A stretch of 43,972 nucleotides of DNA, filler included, from Jimgerdemannia flammicorona (taxonomy: Eukaryota): assembly GCA_003990765.1 (NCBI GenBank). It is 2 parts of 2 records of this genome, joined end to end, with 100 filler letters (N's around TTAATTAATTAA, not from the genome) between each part and the next. Parts side by side here need not be neighbours in the genome. Positions count along the whole stretch, not along the records: positions 22,042 to 43,972 come from RBNJ01001363.1; 1 more part is not named here. One strand, written 5' to 3'. Positions 23,451 to 36,257 of the stretch are shown in pieces (position 1 is the first letter of the stretch; each line of letters starts with the position of its first letter). Under the pieces are notes generated by a model. The model made no database searches. It saw nothing but the letters and a program-made list of their open reading frames with translations, and was not told where the DNA came from. A program made the translations under genes and the position numbers.

Positions 23451-26153
23451 GATATCTGGTTCTTGTTTCTCCTCATCATCACTGTCAGCTTGAAGCTCTG
23501 AGGGCTAGTTATCTTCTTTGGCTTTCCTTTTTACTTTAGCAGCTTCTTGCTCATATTTTTGTTGACAGATTTCCTTGACTTCATTGATATAAGACCAGTA
23601 GTCATTCAGGTGTTTGAAGCAGTATATTCTAGTACTATAGGGGCATCTTTCTTAAGAACCATAGCCATCAATAATCTTGTTATACCACTACTTATCTGTG
23701 AGCTTAGGTGTCTTGCTCTTATTCTTATATACTCAGTGCATAAAGACTTCTGTGTCCTTTTTATCTTCTTTCTCCATATCTAGCAGTACTCCTTTATAGA
23801 CATTGATAGAGACTCATACCTTTCTTCCTCTATAGTTGATCTGCATCTTCTGAGTATTGAGATCAATGACAGTCTTGGCTTTGTAAAGTTATTAGTTGCC
23901 AATGATGATATCATAGTTGGTGATACTTATAATAATCACATCTACTAGGATGGTAGCTCCTCTTATCTTGATGGGGACTTCTTGGATCTTGTCTAGGGGG
24001 GTAGCTCATATAATATCTGCTGTAATATAGACCATTTTGGTAGACTCTTCAATATCCTAGCCTAGGTGGTCAATTGTCTTCTTGCTTATGAGGCATCCTC
24101 TGGCACCAGTATCAATAATGGTATCAAAGATACAATCTTTGATCTGATATGGAGTATAGGCTGATATCTTGTACTGGTCTTCAGATTCTTCACCTGAGTC
24201 TTCAGATTCTTCTTGTGCATTATGAGCTTCTATGATCTTGTACTCTTAGTTCTTGACAGTAGTTGTAAGTTCTACCCTCAACTACTGTCTGAAGGCAGAG
24301 ACTTTGGCTAGTTGTCCAAAAGTAACATTGATCTTCTATTCCTTAAGATCCTTATAGATATTATACTGATGGATCTTGGTCTTATACAGCTTCTGTTCTT
24401 TCTTGCTTTCACTTTCTTCTGAGACTGAAGTAGTACCTTTAATAATTTGGTAAGCAGCTTCATCTAACTCTATATTTTGATCAATCTCCTCAAGTTGGGT
24501 TTTGCTTTAAATAGTGACAGCTGGGGTCTTCTTTAGTCTTCTAACTAGCTTGCTGTTACTCTTCTTATTATAAGGTTTAGACCAGATTCTGGCACCTTTA
24601 GTAATAGAGTAGAATTTGGACTCCTTATAGTATTCTTTATCATCAGTATCACCAATCTCCTTGATGATTACTGTATTGGTTTATTCTTTGGTTCTGGTAG
24701 TATTACTGGGTTGAGTCTTGTATTTTGTTTTGGTTATGTAACTCTTTACATAGTGGCCTTCTTCTCTATATCTGAAATATGTAATATTGCATTCTTCTAT
24801 AGCAACTGCAAATCTCTATACTAGTCTCCTATTGATACTTCAGACTTCTCTAACAATATTATCAAGGTGTGCAGTCATCTCAGTAAACTGCTTGGCAAGT
24901 TCCTCTACTGGATCAGCTTTGGCTATCTTAGGAGTAGGTAAGGATAGTTATCTGTTTATAACTATAGTGGGTATGATACTAGTTGGCTTTGATAGCTTTA
25001 TCTTGATGTTAGTTATTTTCTTTATTGAGTGTTTGGCAGAGTATCTGGCAGTCTAATATCTTTGTACAAAGACCACTTTCTGGTCAAGGGTCAGAGCAAC
25101 TGAGGTAGACCAGATTGCTAGGATAATTTCAGAGTGAACTCTTTTGAGGAAGATTGGATTAGTTATTTATTTCTTGAGGATATCATTATAGCTAGCCAAG
25201 ACAATCTGGTGGTAGATTTAGGTGTAGAATGAGTTAGAATCTTCACTAAGTCCCTGGCAGATAGTATTGAGTTGATCCTTGAGAGCTTATTTGATCTCTT
25301 CAGTATAGTATATAGTTCTGAGGAAGTTCTTCATGTTAGCAAGTTTGGCTGCACCAGTATCAGCAATAGTGGCTATATTGAACTTGTCTCTGGTAGGTTC
25401 TCTGAGGCTGATAGGTAGAAGAACCAATTGTATATCTATATCAAAGGCTCATATAGTGGTGAATTGTTCAAATTCTTTAATAAAGGTCAGGATAGACTCT
25501 TCAGTAGTATATTCATAGAATGTAGGGAGATATATTTTTATCTTGTCTTAAATTCTTGCAAGGGTGACTCTTGTAGTCAGAGTAGTTGTTGTGGTAATTA
25601 TTTATTTTTCAGCTTGAAAGTAAGAGATTCATCTTGAATCACCAGTCAATGGGCACCAAGTTGTCACATAGTGGTTGCTGAGTTCTTCAAATATGTCAGA
25701 TTTTCTCCAAGATATATCTCTTAGACTAACTACAAGTTCGTTATAAGCAAGTTCTTATTAGAGTATCTTCCTAAGATCTTATAGTTCTCAAACTTCTTAT
25801 CTTTAAACTGTCTTATTATCTCTTAGATTGCTTGTATGGAATTGAGGGTAAGTTAACTTGATTGACTTTATTTTAAAGGAAATAAGAGAGGTATTTATAC
25901 AAAATATAATTCAATGGTTGCTAAGTTATAAAGCTAAATATAAATTCCAATAACTAAATAAAATACTGGAATACAGAAAACTATGATTGTAAGTATAAAT
26001 TCAAGTATTTGTACAAATAGTTGCATAAGTTTAGGATGTCAGTAGAATTTCAGTAGTATAGGAAAAGGATATCAGAAGAATTCTGAGTTATGTAAGATCA
26101 GAATACCAGAAGAATAACAGTTATACAGAAAAAGGATACTGGTAGAATTCAGT

Positions 26154-26323
26154 TTTTTTTTTTTTTTTTTTTTATAGTCACTTGGACTCCTTTCCTTTAT
26201 TAATACCCATCTATTCTTTATAATTACAGTGATCCCACCCCCTATCCAATCCCCCTAGGGGGGCCTCCCCTCCCTACCTTTTCCCTATGAAAGACTACTT
26301 TGTCAAACACCATCTCCACCCTT
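26154..26323 (-). mobile_element. ~170-bp 5'-truncated LINE end or SINE inserted in the Gypsy 2 LTR
   Basis: Poly-T tract, TTTATT poly-A signal, and an exact 15-bp TSD CTGGTAGAATTCAGT at 26139-26153 and 26324-26338. Confidence 0.88.
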
Positions 26324-26399
26324 CTGGTAGAATTCAGTGTTATTAAGAACTTAAAGCAGAATATTCAGGACTATGGAGGCTTCATCTTTATCACTATTA

Positions 26400-27460
26400 T
26401 CAAGACTAGAGGTCAGAGACAGGATGTCTTTGAAGGAGATGAGATCTACAAACATTTTGTCTATTTCATATATATTATATAAGATGACATCATCACTGAT
26501 GACATTATCACATTCAGTAGCAGGGGCTCTCCAATCTATGACATTCTCTTCTACAAAATAAGAAACAAATATGAGGTCTTAGAGAGATCTAACCTAGATG
26601 CTAAAGCCTTGGAATGCTGAGATCAATCCTTATATAAATTGATCTAAGTTATCCTGGAGGATAGAATACTAGAAGTCCTCTATCTTATTACTATTAAGAG
26701 TGATAGTGGACTGAGCCTCTGTAGCCACCATAGCCTCTAGTATATTGGTGTAGTAGACAGACAGTTTCTTGAAGTCTGAGATTCTAATATACTCCAAGTT
26801 GGGGATTAACTATAGTGCATACCTAAAGATCTAATAAATCTTCTTTGCTGTCTTTATTTCACATATATCTATGAGGGTGATACATATCTTGAATCTCCTG
26901 GAGGCTGGTCTGAGGAAACTCCCAGCAGAGAAGGTTTTCTATTTTATACTCCTGTCATATCCAGAGGCATTCAGTAGCAATGGTGATCTTTGTTTCTATT
27001 TTACAGTAGTAGAGGATATAATGATAAGAGTTGCCAGTACTCAGGTTGAGGCTAGGAGTTCTTCTTATATAGATCTTCATGACTCTTCTGATATCTTAGA
27101 ACATCCTATCCTAGACTGAGGGACCTTGGTGGTTCCTGAACCTTGATATTTGGTAAGCAGTAGGTATTTTGTTTACATATAGTAAGTCTTTAGAACTATT
27201 TCTGTAAGCTTTGTTTGGATTGCTGCTACTGCAGTTTCTTGATCTTTCTTTTATATTCCTTAAGATATCTGTCTTGTAGTTACAATGACTTATAGTTAGT
27301 CATCATTACTCATCTTATAGTCTGGATGAGTCATACTATATAATTTTCTTATACTCTAATCTGGTGGCTTGTAAGAAAAGACTGTCTCCTATACTGATGT
27401 CATCATTCTGAGATCACTATTATAATAGATATTATTAGACTCTTGCTAGTTATACTAAGA
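26400..27460. repeat. Unclassified CpG-depleted repeat relic
   Basis: No CpG seen; coding-like decayed frames on the minus strand; no diagnostic domain recognised. Confidence 0.4.
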
Positions 27461-27469
27461 AGGAATAAA

Positions 27470-29100
27470 TATATTCTAATATTTATAGATTATCTAACCA
27501 AATGGCCCAAAGTTTTTCTAATAGAAATCATTAATATTTTGATCATTATTTGTCTTCTCTATAGTCTCATACTCAGATATAGACTTTCAGAAGAACTTAT
27601 CTCTAACTATAGTATATAATTTACTAATAAGTTAGTTATAACTTATATATATATATAAATTTACATAATCTATCTAAAAAGAACTATATTATATATATAT
27701 ATATATATATACTATCTTCAAACTAATAATATAATAGAGAGAATAAACTAGACTATTAAGAAGAACTTATCTGAGTCAATCTTACTAACTATGTAGAATT
27801 TCTACTTATTTGAGATTTTATAGAAAATTTAGAATACTTCTACTATCTCTACTAAAGAAAAGGCTCTTTGAGATAATATTTATCAAAAAGACCAGAACTA
27901 CTGATCATAAGAATCTTAGAGAACTCTTAGATAAGATAGAACAATTGTGAAGTCAAACTCAAGCTCAGATAATTAAGGTTTAAGAAAAGTAGAAGAAGTA
28001 TTATAACTAAAAGTAAAAGAATTAGAAGATTAAAATTAGAGATCAAGTTCTTATTTAGAAAAGTATAATTAAAATCAATTTTATTATCAAACTAGAACTC
28101 AAATAGAAAGGATCTTATCTAATATAAAATATTAGAAAAATAAGTATCTATATATATAAGAAGTATAAATAAATATACTTTAAAGACTTTAGTTTATATT
28201 AATTATCTCAAGATATGTATATCTATTACTTATATAATAACCTAAAGAATTGACCAGTATCTCCAAAGTCTTATTCTTAGCTCTTTTCAGATCCTACTAG
28301 TTTTTCTATTTATAGTTCTGTAAAATCAATAAAACTTACCTCCAACAGATCTAGATATACTAAAAGAACCTCACTCTAATAGAATGTCTACTGTAGATCT
28401 ACTAACTATAAGCATATTATATATGTAATTAGTAAATAGTTACAAGATATCCTAGTTCTAAAATAAGCCTATATCAGAAATACTACTAATCTATCTTAGA
28501 AGAATAATACTACTATAGATAGACTTTATATAATCTATAAGTAGAATATTATAGCTTTGATATAGACTTAGTTCTCTCTAAGCAATATACAAAGAATAAA
28601 TATAGCTACCTATCTGAGTATTATTGACTATATTGAAGTCTTGTAGAAGAAGAGCTTTTAAAATAAAGTAACTGAAATATAAAAAAAAAAAACAGTATAG
28701 ATATAGATATAGAAGATGCTTATAGATATCACAATAATGACTAAAGGATAATCTGGGACAGATTATTCTTTAGTAGTGACTGATGACAAGTGAATACTAT
28801 AGTATAGCTAAATAATATATATAAATAATCAGATGTATTAAACTGGATAACCTGATTTTAAGTGAAACACTTGTTCTAAGTAGAATACTCATTCTACAAG
28901 AAACACCCATCTTATAAGAGAATAAGTAGTTATTATATATTCTATAATTATTCAAATAGTAACCAGATAGCAACCACACTTACATATATAAAATACCCCA
29001 GAGATTCAAGTGAATAAACCTCAGTCTAAAAAGTCAAAGAAAAAAGCAAAAGACAAGTCTACCTATAATATACTTTAAAAGATATATCTGTCAAGAATTA
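27470..29100 (+). mobile_element. Third Ty3/Gypsy relic (integrase and 3' region), extremely AT-rich
   Basis: Decayed integrase motifs TKWP, EELISN (ISD), YYLQTNN..ER.N (YHPQTNG.ER.N), KLELK*KGSY (KL.PKWKGPY). Boundaries are approximate. Confidence 0.78.
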
Positions 29101-29968
29101 CTTAATCTAAGAAAAGAATGCAATACTTAGAAGAAACACCTGCTCTAAAGCCACTATTAAGGAGATTGTGAGCTTTATTCCCTTTTCCACTCTGGTCCAC
29201 TTTCTGATGATACAAAGAAGTCTGAAGAACTTAGAGAAGTCTGCCAATACCCTGAAGCCATGCCTAATAAGGAAATCGCCGAAATCATCCACATTACAAG
29301 AGAACATTTTGTTACTTTTTGACAAAGTAACTGGGGGCTCAAGCCAATCTACATAGCCACCCAAACCTTGTAATTTGGCTCTATTGAGCCGGCACGTTAC
29401 AATATCAAGGAAAGAAGGCGAAACGATCAGGCACGGATTTCTTCACTTCTTTTTAGCCGACATTAAGACGCTTTCCAGTTTACTGCTGGCGGGAAGGATT
29501 AAAATTATTGTATTTTATTTTTGGAAATAAAATTATTTCAAAAGCATGATGTTTACAGTGTGCCAATGACTTATATACAATGGGCCGAGACCTTTGAAGA
29601 CGCGCTATTCCCTATACCAATCAACGACTGGGATTTTATCCGACGGGAATCTCCACGATTTCAAACTAGTAGCCTCGGAGTAAGCAATGCAGCCAAGTCT
29701 GTCTCTTTATTGATTAACATTCTAGGCTTCTAGGACCATTGTTTGCCTAGGGTTCATACAGTGTACGGCACTAAACAGAGTTTGTTGGCAATCCTAGATA
29801 GCATCTGAAAGCACTAATTTGTACCCGTTCATTTCACGGAATCAATTATGTATGAAAATGCGAGATCATAAATTTCCAGTCATGCATCCTCACCCCACAC
29901 TACCCGCATGAAAGCCCATCTATATCACCTTCCCCCCCTCAACGGCCCACAGAACACCCTTGTCCTCC

Positions 29969-32900
29969 TCACGCGGTTCTCGTCAATCCCGAATGCCTAA
30001 GCAACGCTTCGATATCTACGTTCTCCCTCCCCCGAAATTGACGCCACACCTCCCGCGGCGGTGTCCCGCCACCCAGAGCCAACACCGTGTCGCGATAGTG
30101 TTTGCCCATCCGCTTGACGGCGTCGGGATTGGCAGTGATTCGGGCCTCCTCGAAGGCGGCGTAGGCGTCCGCAGAATATGTTTCGGACCATTTGTAGCTG
30201 GAACGTGGATGAGATAGGAGGGATGAATGATGTTGGGATTGTCATACAAATTAGAGTTCGTAGGTTTAATGACGTTGATCATAAACACCCAATATTTAGT
30301 GGATTATGTCTCGATATACCTATAATACCCTGCACTGTACCCGCCGGCGAAGATGTGATTGAATGCGCATAGAAACCTGTCTTCGGGCAGCTTTGGCATC
30401 GGGACTGTCTCGCGGGCGATCTCGGCGTCCACGTCAAAGACAGTACGGTCGCCGGCGGCGAAGGGAGGGCGGAAGGTCGAGTGAAGAGTCAGATCGACCT
30501 TGGCGAAATGCAGCTGTGGAATCGTGCGTTTTTCGGATTTTTCGCATAGAAAAAAAATACAGATGAAGAGTCAATGACAATATTGATAACGGGGGGAAAG
30601 ACCGGTAAGCCAATACCTATCCTACAACCCGATTCATTTTTTATGACCTCAACATGGGGATCCACACATTTCTCCAAAGATTCCAACCAACCGACCTATC
30701 CTCATCCATGCATACAAACACCAACCGCACCACGACCGCTTACTGCTCACTGACCTGTCGCGTCATTGTCATCCCGCTCATGAACTCCCGGTGCCGCTCT
30801 AGCGCGTCAACCATCTCCGCCGGCATCGGTTCGCCCGTCTCGTGGTGGGCGGACAGGCGCGCCAACCACGCCGGCTCGTGGATGAAGTTCTCCATAAACT
30901 GCGAGGCGACCTGAGCGGATGCGATTTGTGGATTATGAAATTTTTGTATGCATACTTTTCCGGGTCGCGTTGAAATGCGTTGCTGTACATCGAAAGTGCT
31001 TACCTCCACGAAGTCCCATTCGATGCCCTTGATACCAGACGCTTGAGGGTAGTCGACCGTGGTGAGCATCTGGATCGACGAGACCAAACGACAATGATGT
31101 CGACGAAATGAGAGCCATTGTCAAAGATCAAAATTGATAAACAGGACAAGCAATATCATAACAAACGTCCCGATTATTGTAGATCTAGACTTACATGTTG
31201 CAAGCAATGCCCGAACTCGTGGAACAGCGTCCTGATGTCAGCAAACTTCATCAGGGGAGACTTGTCGGACGAGGAAGGTGGGAGCTGATTGCAAATCAAG
31301 TAGGCTGATTTTGGTAAGAAGACAGGTATAGCGAAGAACGAGTCTCATTAGAGTTTTGGCTCAGTATCATAATTCTGAAACAGCAACCCCACGAATCCTC
31401 TTTGCACTCTATCAACTCACCAACAGGCACTCTCACCTCATCTCCCTCTCCCCTCATCCTAGTTGTCACCAAATCCATCCACGCCCCACTCCTCTTCTCC
31501 TCAGGCCTCGAATAGAAATCCCCATAAAAATACGCTCTTGTGATTCCTCCTTCCTGCACCCTAAACACCTTCACGTCCGGATGCCACGTCCGTATCCCCA
31601 ATCTAGCTCTCTCATCCTCGCCCACCTCGGCGACCTGCACGCCGAATACTTCGTCCGCGAGCCGGAACAAGCCGTCGATGACGCGGGGGAACGCAAAGTA
31701 GTGCGAGATGGCCTCCTCGTCGTACCGGAACAAGTGCTTACGGTAGGCTTCCGAAACGTACGCTATGTCCCAGGGCTGCAGCGGGGTCGGATGTGCGAGT
31801 GTCGCGGAGGCGAAGTCCGTCAGGGCGGCGAGCTCTGCCCGCGCGGCGGGGAGGGAGGAGGTGATGAGCGATGTGAGGAGGCCCTCGGCTGAAGGGAGGT
31901 CCTGGGCCATCTTGGTGGAGAGAGAGAGAGAGGCGTAGTTGTCGAAGCCGAGGAGGGTGGCTTCCTCTGGACGAAAGGTATGGTAGATGAGAACGTTGCC
32001 GTGTGTGACGTTTGCACGCAGTCGAATAGTACTAAGATATATAAATTTACCCTGCCTCAAATTCAGCATCTCATTGATAATGGGCTCATTGTTAAGCTCA
32101 TCTTTTGACGCCCTGGTGATGTTGGCGCGATAAATCTATCCACGAATTAAGGTGAAAAAATCTCCAGACATCAGAAATGCGCATGTTTTCATAGTTACAG
32201 GCTCTTTTAACCAATAAATTCATGTCGTTTCCACGGCGACACCCCTCTCCAAATTCCCTCACACCTACATACCTTCTCCCTTAACTCCCTATTTTTACAA
32301 TTCATCATAAACGGCACATACGTTGGCGCGTCAAGCGTAATGCACCACGGCCCATTTTCCGGATTCGCCCGATTGACGACCTCCTTCCTCTGCAAGTTTG
32401 CTGTCAGCACCACGAGCAGCTCAGAAGAGCACCCTTCGAGCTCCTTCCTATCCGTTACAATTTGCCCAAACCGCTTGGTCGCGTCCAGTTGGTTATTGCC
32501 GAACCGGGTGCCTAGCAACGACAGCCGCTCGTGGATTGCATTGAAACGCACCTTCTCTGCGGAGCCGGGTAGGAGCCCGACACCCGCTAGACGCATGTCC
32601 CGGATGGTGAGGTCGACAATGCGCTGTTGGACCGGGTCGAGGGAAGACCAGGCAGTGGGAGTGGAGCGGAGTGTGGTCAGGGCGTGATATTTGGAGAGGG
32701 ATTGGTTCATGAGAAGGGAGAGCTTGACGACGAGGGGCTGTAGAAGGGTGGTTTAAGGTGTGCAGATTGGGTTAGATTTTGAGTGTATAGGAGATAATGA
32801 GGATAAAAATGGGACGAACCTGGATGCTCTCTACGACTTGTCTCAGTTCAGGCGAGTTCTTCACCGAATTAAGGTGAGAAATAACGCCGTAAGCTCTTTC

Positions 32901-33418
32901 CAGCTGATCCTCGAGGTCTTGGACTACACCGACACCAAAATTTCCATCATTACCAATCCGCATCAGAATTCTCCATATGAATGAAGGAAATCACATGACT
33001 AACTCCCACCTGCACCAATACAACCCTTCCACGTCGGCTCAAACCTCGCCTCACGCTCGACAAATTCGCGCTCGATCCGCTTGACAAACGCGTCAAAAAT
33101 AGGGACGGCCTTGTCGGGGTTGCACACTGGGAGGATGGATGCGAAGTCCGGAAAGAGGGACCAGTCAACGAAGACGTTGGCAGTCGGAGGAGCGGAGTAG
33201 GGCGGCGGTGCGTCTACGACGGTGGTGAGGTGCCGCATGAGGGTGGGAAGGCGAGTGGGGACGAGAGTGGGGACGAGAGCGTGTCCGGCAAGTGTAGTGA
33301 AGCTAACGCGGGAGAGCTGTGCTAGGAGGATACGGGAGGAAATGGCGCGACTTGCATTTTGGAGTTTTGGGAAGATGGTTGCGCGGACAGCGCCGGTCCG
33401 CAAGAAGGGTCGATGCAT
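29969..33418 (-). CDS. Oligopeptidase A (peptidase M3A, PrlC/OpdA/organellar type) with predicted mitochondrial presequence, about 10 exons
   Basis: Spliced reading gives ISHLNSVKNSPELR, GPWCITLDAP, LGFDNYA, PWDIAY, RPEEKRSGAWMD, TLFHEFGHCLQH (HEXXH at ~31200-31230), [47 protein letters not shown]; TGA at 29969-29971. Confidence 0.95.
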
Positions 33419-34164
33419 TTGGAAGCGGGGCTAGAGGGTTGTGGTGGTGAAGCACGAAATTTGTGGCTCAGCCGACGCGTCTATCCCCGAGATGGCGAAT
33501 ATTCCCTGGTTAGAAAGGCATGTAACTTATTCCACATTATACATATGCCGGTTATGGCGTATGGAAGAGTAAAATACAGGCCAAAATCAGTATCCTTAAA
33601 TTGTGTATACAGTTCTATATCGCCCATTAGGAGAGTCGATCATTTCCAAAGGGATGGCAATCCAATACTTACACCAGAAGGCAGCGCAAAGGCAAGCCGT
33701 GATGCTGTGACGCTACATAATATTATGTTCGCCAATCCGATGTGTACAGTTGGCCGAAGTTGGCTTGCACTCTTCCCTTCTCATTCACACCAACGGTACC
33801 ACCGCACCAAACGTCGATTTGCAAATTGTCACGGGCAAGTAGGCTTCCGACTAACATTAGTGCTGTGACGTGACCTTGGCTAAGCTCCAATACAGTCAAC
33901 ACGACATCGTGTCTATCAAGAAGCACATCAAGGGGCGTCTTCTGGATTGCCAAAGAAGACAAGACCAGCGTGAGCGTGCATGGGTAGTTAAAGATGCGTG
34001 TGATTTTCAGTGGCGTAAATTTCTGAGTCCCGTCAATCTACATTTGCATAGCTGCTTCTGCCGGCTAAGAAATAACACAGGGATCGAAGGCTTTACGCCG
34101 TTCCGACACCGAAAATTCTCCTTATGGTGCAAAAAAAACCAGGGGGCATTCCTCTCATACTATG

Positions 34165-34484
34165 AGTGCGCAAAACTGAGTTCTTATTGCCTCTTTAAGT
34201 GAACTGGATTTGGCAAAGTGGCACTATTCTTATTCACTCAACGAAGTCAAAGAATATTGCAGTCATTGTCTTATGGTGGTGATTTCGCACTTAACGTATG
34301 ATAATTTCGTGGACCTAAGGACGTGGTAATTTCGCGTTCCCTTAGTATAATGCAATACAGACCTATGAGTGTCACACCAATATTTATTCAGTAGTACTTC
34401 AAACGGGTTGCTTTTTATTCTGAAGTACTCTATTATTAATGAAGTTTCTCTATAAGACGTAATAGGAACTCAGTTTTGCGCACT
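34165..34484. repeat. ~40-bp imperfect inverted repeats enclosing ~240 bp (MITE-like relic)
   Basis: AGTGCGCAAAACTGAGTTCTTATT at 34165 and AATAGGAACTCAGTTTTGCGCACT ending at 34484. Confidence 0.7.
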
Positions 34485-34664
34485 TGGCCACTTTAGAAAT
34501 GTTACCTCTGGTGGCTTAGTATGCGTTATCTCTTTTTCTTTTTGCAACGCCCCACAATCCTCGTTTCTGCCTAGCGATATACCAGTCTGTGGGTGTTGAC
34601 AACGTGCGCTAACCCTCCCCTGCAGCCTGCGGCCTGCAGGGCTTTACTATTAAACTGTAGCCCC

Positions 34665-34717
34665 TTCATTGCTTCATTGTTTCATTGTTTCATTGTTCCT
34701 TTTGTTCCTTTTGTTTC
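34665..34717. repeat. Short tandem repeat (TTCATTGT x4, then TTCCTTTTG x2)
   Basis: Seen directly in the sequence. Confidence 0.8.
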
Positions 34718-35777
34718 GCTGTTAGCCATCAACGATGGGACGAACCGATTTGGGTAATTATAAGGATACTATGTAATTAGAGCCAACGAACCCAGTTAAA
34801 ACAGTAATGTAACGATAACCTTTGTCGACGTACACGAAACAACCACATGAATCAGTTAAATCTACGAGCTGTACCTTATATGAATCTACGTTCGGTTATG
34901 ATTACCTATCAGTCTCGCACGATGAGGTTGGGGTGTAGATTGGTACCTTTCCGATATGTATCGGTGAAGGTTAAGCCCCGTAGTGTCGATCTCCACACGG
35001 TGGCGCAGGGTGGAGGATACACTACTGGTCCAATTTTCAGACACCGCCCGGCACGACGACCGGCCCGAGCGCCTGCGGCGGGTCATGATCGACGTTGTAG
35101 AATAGATCGGGCTTGTACCAAACCGCATGTTGTCAATCACTGTAACCGCTCTGGGCAAGCCTCGCCCAGCCCAGCTTATGCACCTTTACGTACATGCATG
35201 ACGTAAAGCCTGTGCCGAAATGATGACAAAGGTCGTAATCATGGGATTGGACGGTTTCGAAATTCGCACAGGCTGGGAAACGTTCAATTCCAAGGCAGAA
35301 CAGGTGATTGAAACGGGGGATGTAAATGGAAATTAACCACACTGCGCAGTCCTCTCGCCTCTTAGGCTTGGCGAAGGCAATTTTAGCGATGTACGTCTCC
35401 CGTTTGGCCCGTCGGATCCCATCCTTCCGACGTGTAACGTGTTCCTTTTAATGCTCCATCGAGGCACGATGCACACCGACGACATGCATGAATTGATAGG
35501 GCTGCGGTTGTAGCTATTTCGAGCGATATGCTCACGATCGACCGAATGCGATAAGTGTGCAGCGTGCGAGAACAAAGCGGCCAACCAGTGACTGCAGATA
35601 AAAAAAAGTTAGGGTACACAGGAAGCTGCGGAGAAAACGTATATAAGGACATGCTGTTCCACCATCTCTACCGTTGATCATCGCATCATTTTCTGCGTAT
35701 ATACGTGATCCACCCAAATTGGCTCACCCACCTACCCATCCATCCACACTCATTACAGTAACATCGAAAACATCGAA

Positions 35778-36257
35778 ATGAACACCACTACTCGCAATCA
35801 CACGCGATTCTCCACTGTCGCCAAACGTATCTTCAAACCCACCGGGGCCCACCTTACCACCGACGGCGACTCCTATCCAGTCACCATATCGGCCCCAATC
35901 CTCACGCCGGCCAGTTCCCGCCGCGCCACGGCACTGACGGGTCGTCCCGACCCCCGCGTCGGCCCAATGCCCTTTGGCACTACGTCCACGCCGACATCCA
36001 CGTCCCCGGCGCCCAGACGCAACAGTAACGCTGGGATGCGCGCGTCCATCGGCCTGGACGCCCTGAAGCCCGGACTCGCCAAGTGTGGGACTAAACCGCG
36101 TAGCCACTCACTTTCATCACCCCACTTACACATCGTTGTGTCCAGTGAGGACCGCAAGCGACTTAGGTTGGAGAAGATGCGCGCGTTTGAGGAGCTGCTG
36201 GCTTCGACAAAGCAGACCACCGTGAGGCTGAGCCTGACGCCGACGCTGGCGTGTTGA
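35778..36257 (+). CDS. Single-exon hypothetical protein, 159 aa, S/T/P-rich with a charged helical C-terminus ending TVRLSLTPTLAC
   Basis: Good start context (GAAATG), GC3-rich codons, TATATAA at ~35640, double stop, AT-rich 3' flank. Confidence 0.7.
   Translation: MNTTTRNHTRFSTVAKRIFKPTGAHLTTDGDSYPVTISAPILTPASSRRATALTGRPDPRVGPMPFGTTSTPTSTSPAPRRNSNAGMRASIGLDALKPGLAKCGTKPRSHSLSSPHLHIVVSSEDRKRLRLEKMRAFEELLASTKQTTVRLSLTPTLAC

Larger units (their letters stand above)
22192..26397 (-). mobile_element. Ty3/Gypsy LTR retrotransposon 2 with dUTPase (5' LTR, gag, protease, dUTPase, partial RT), degenerate
   Basis: LTR end TGTGACA at 25662-25668, PBS TGGTGCCC at 25651-25658, gag ATG 25632, knuckle YFRYREEGHYVKSY, protease IIDTGA, RT SPWASPIILVPKK...PRLCIDYRKLN. 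The outer LTR boundary is approximate. Confidence 0.92.

Noticed and set aside
29200..29700. HTH-like peptide (MPNKEIAEIIHIT) and an exon-like stretch at 29548-29680
   Set aside because: Too short; I could not assemble them into a gene or assign a family.
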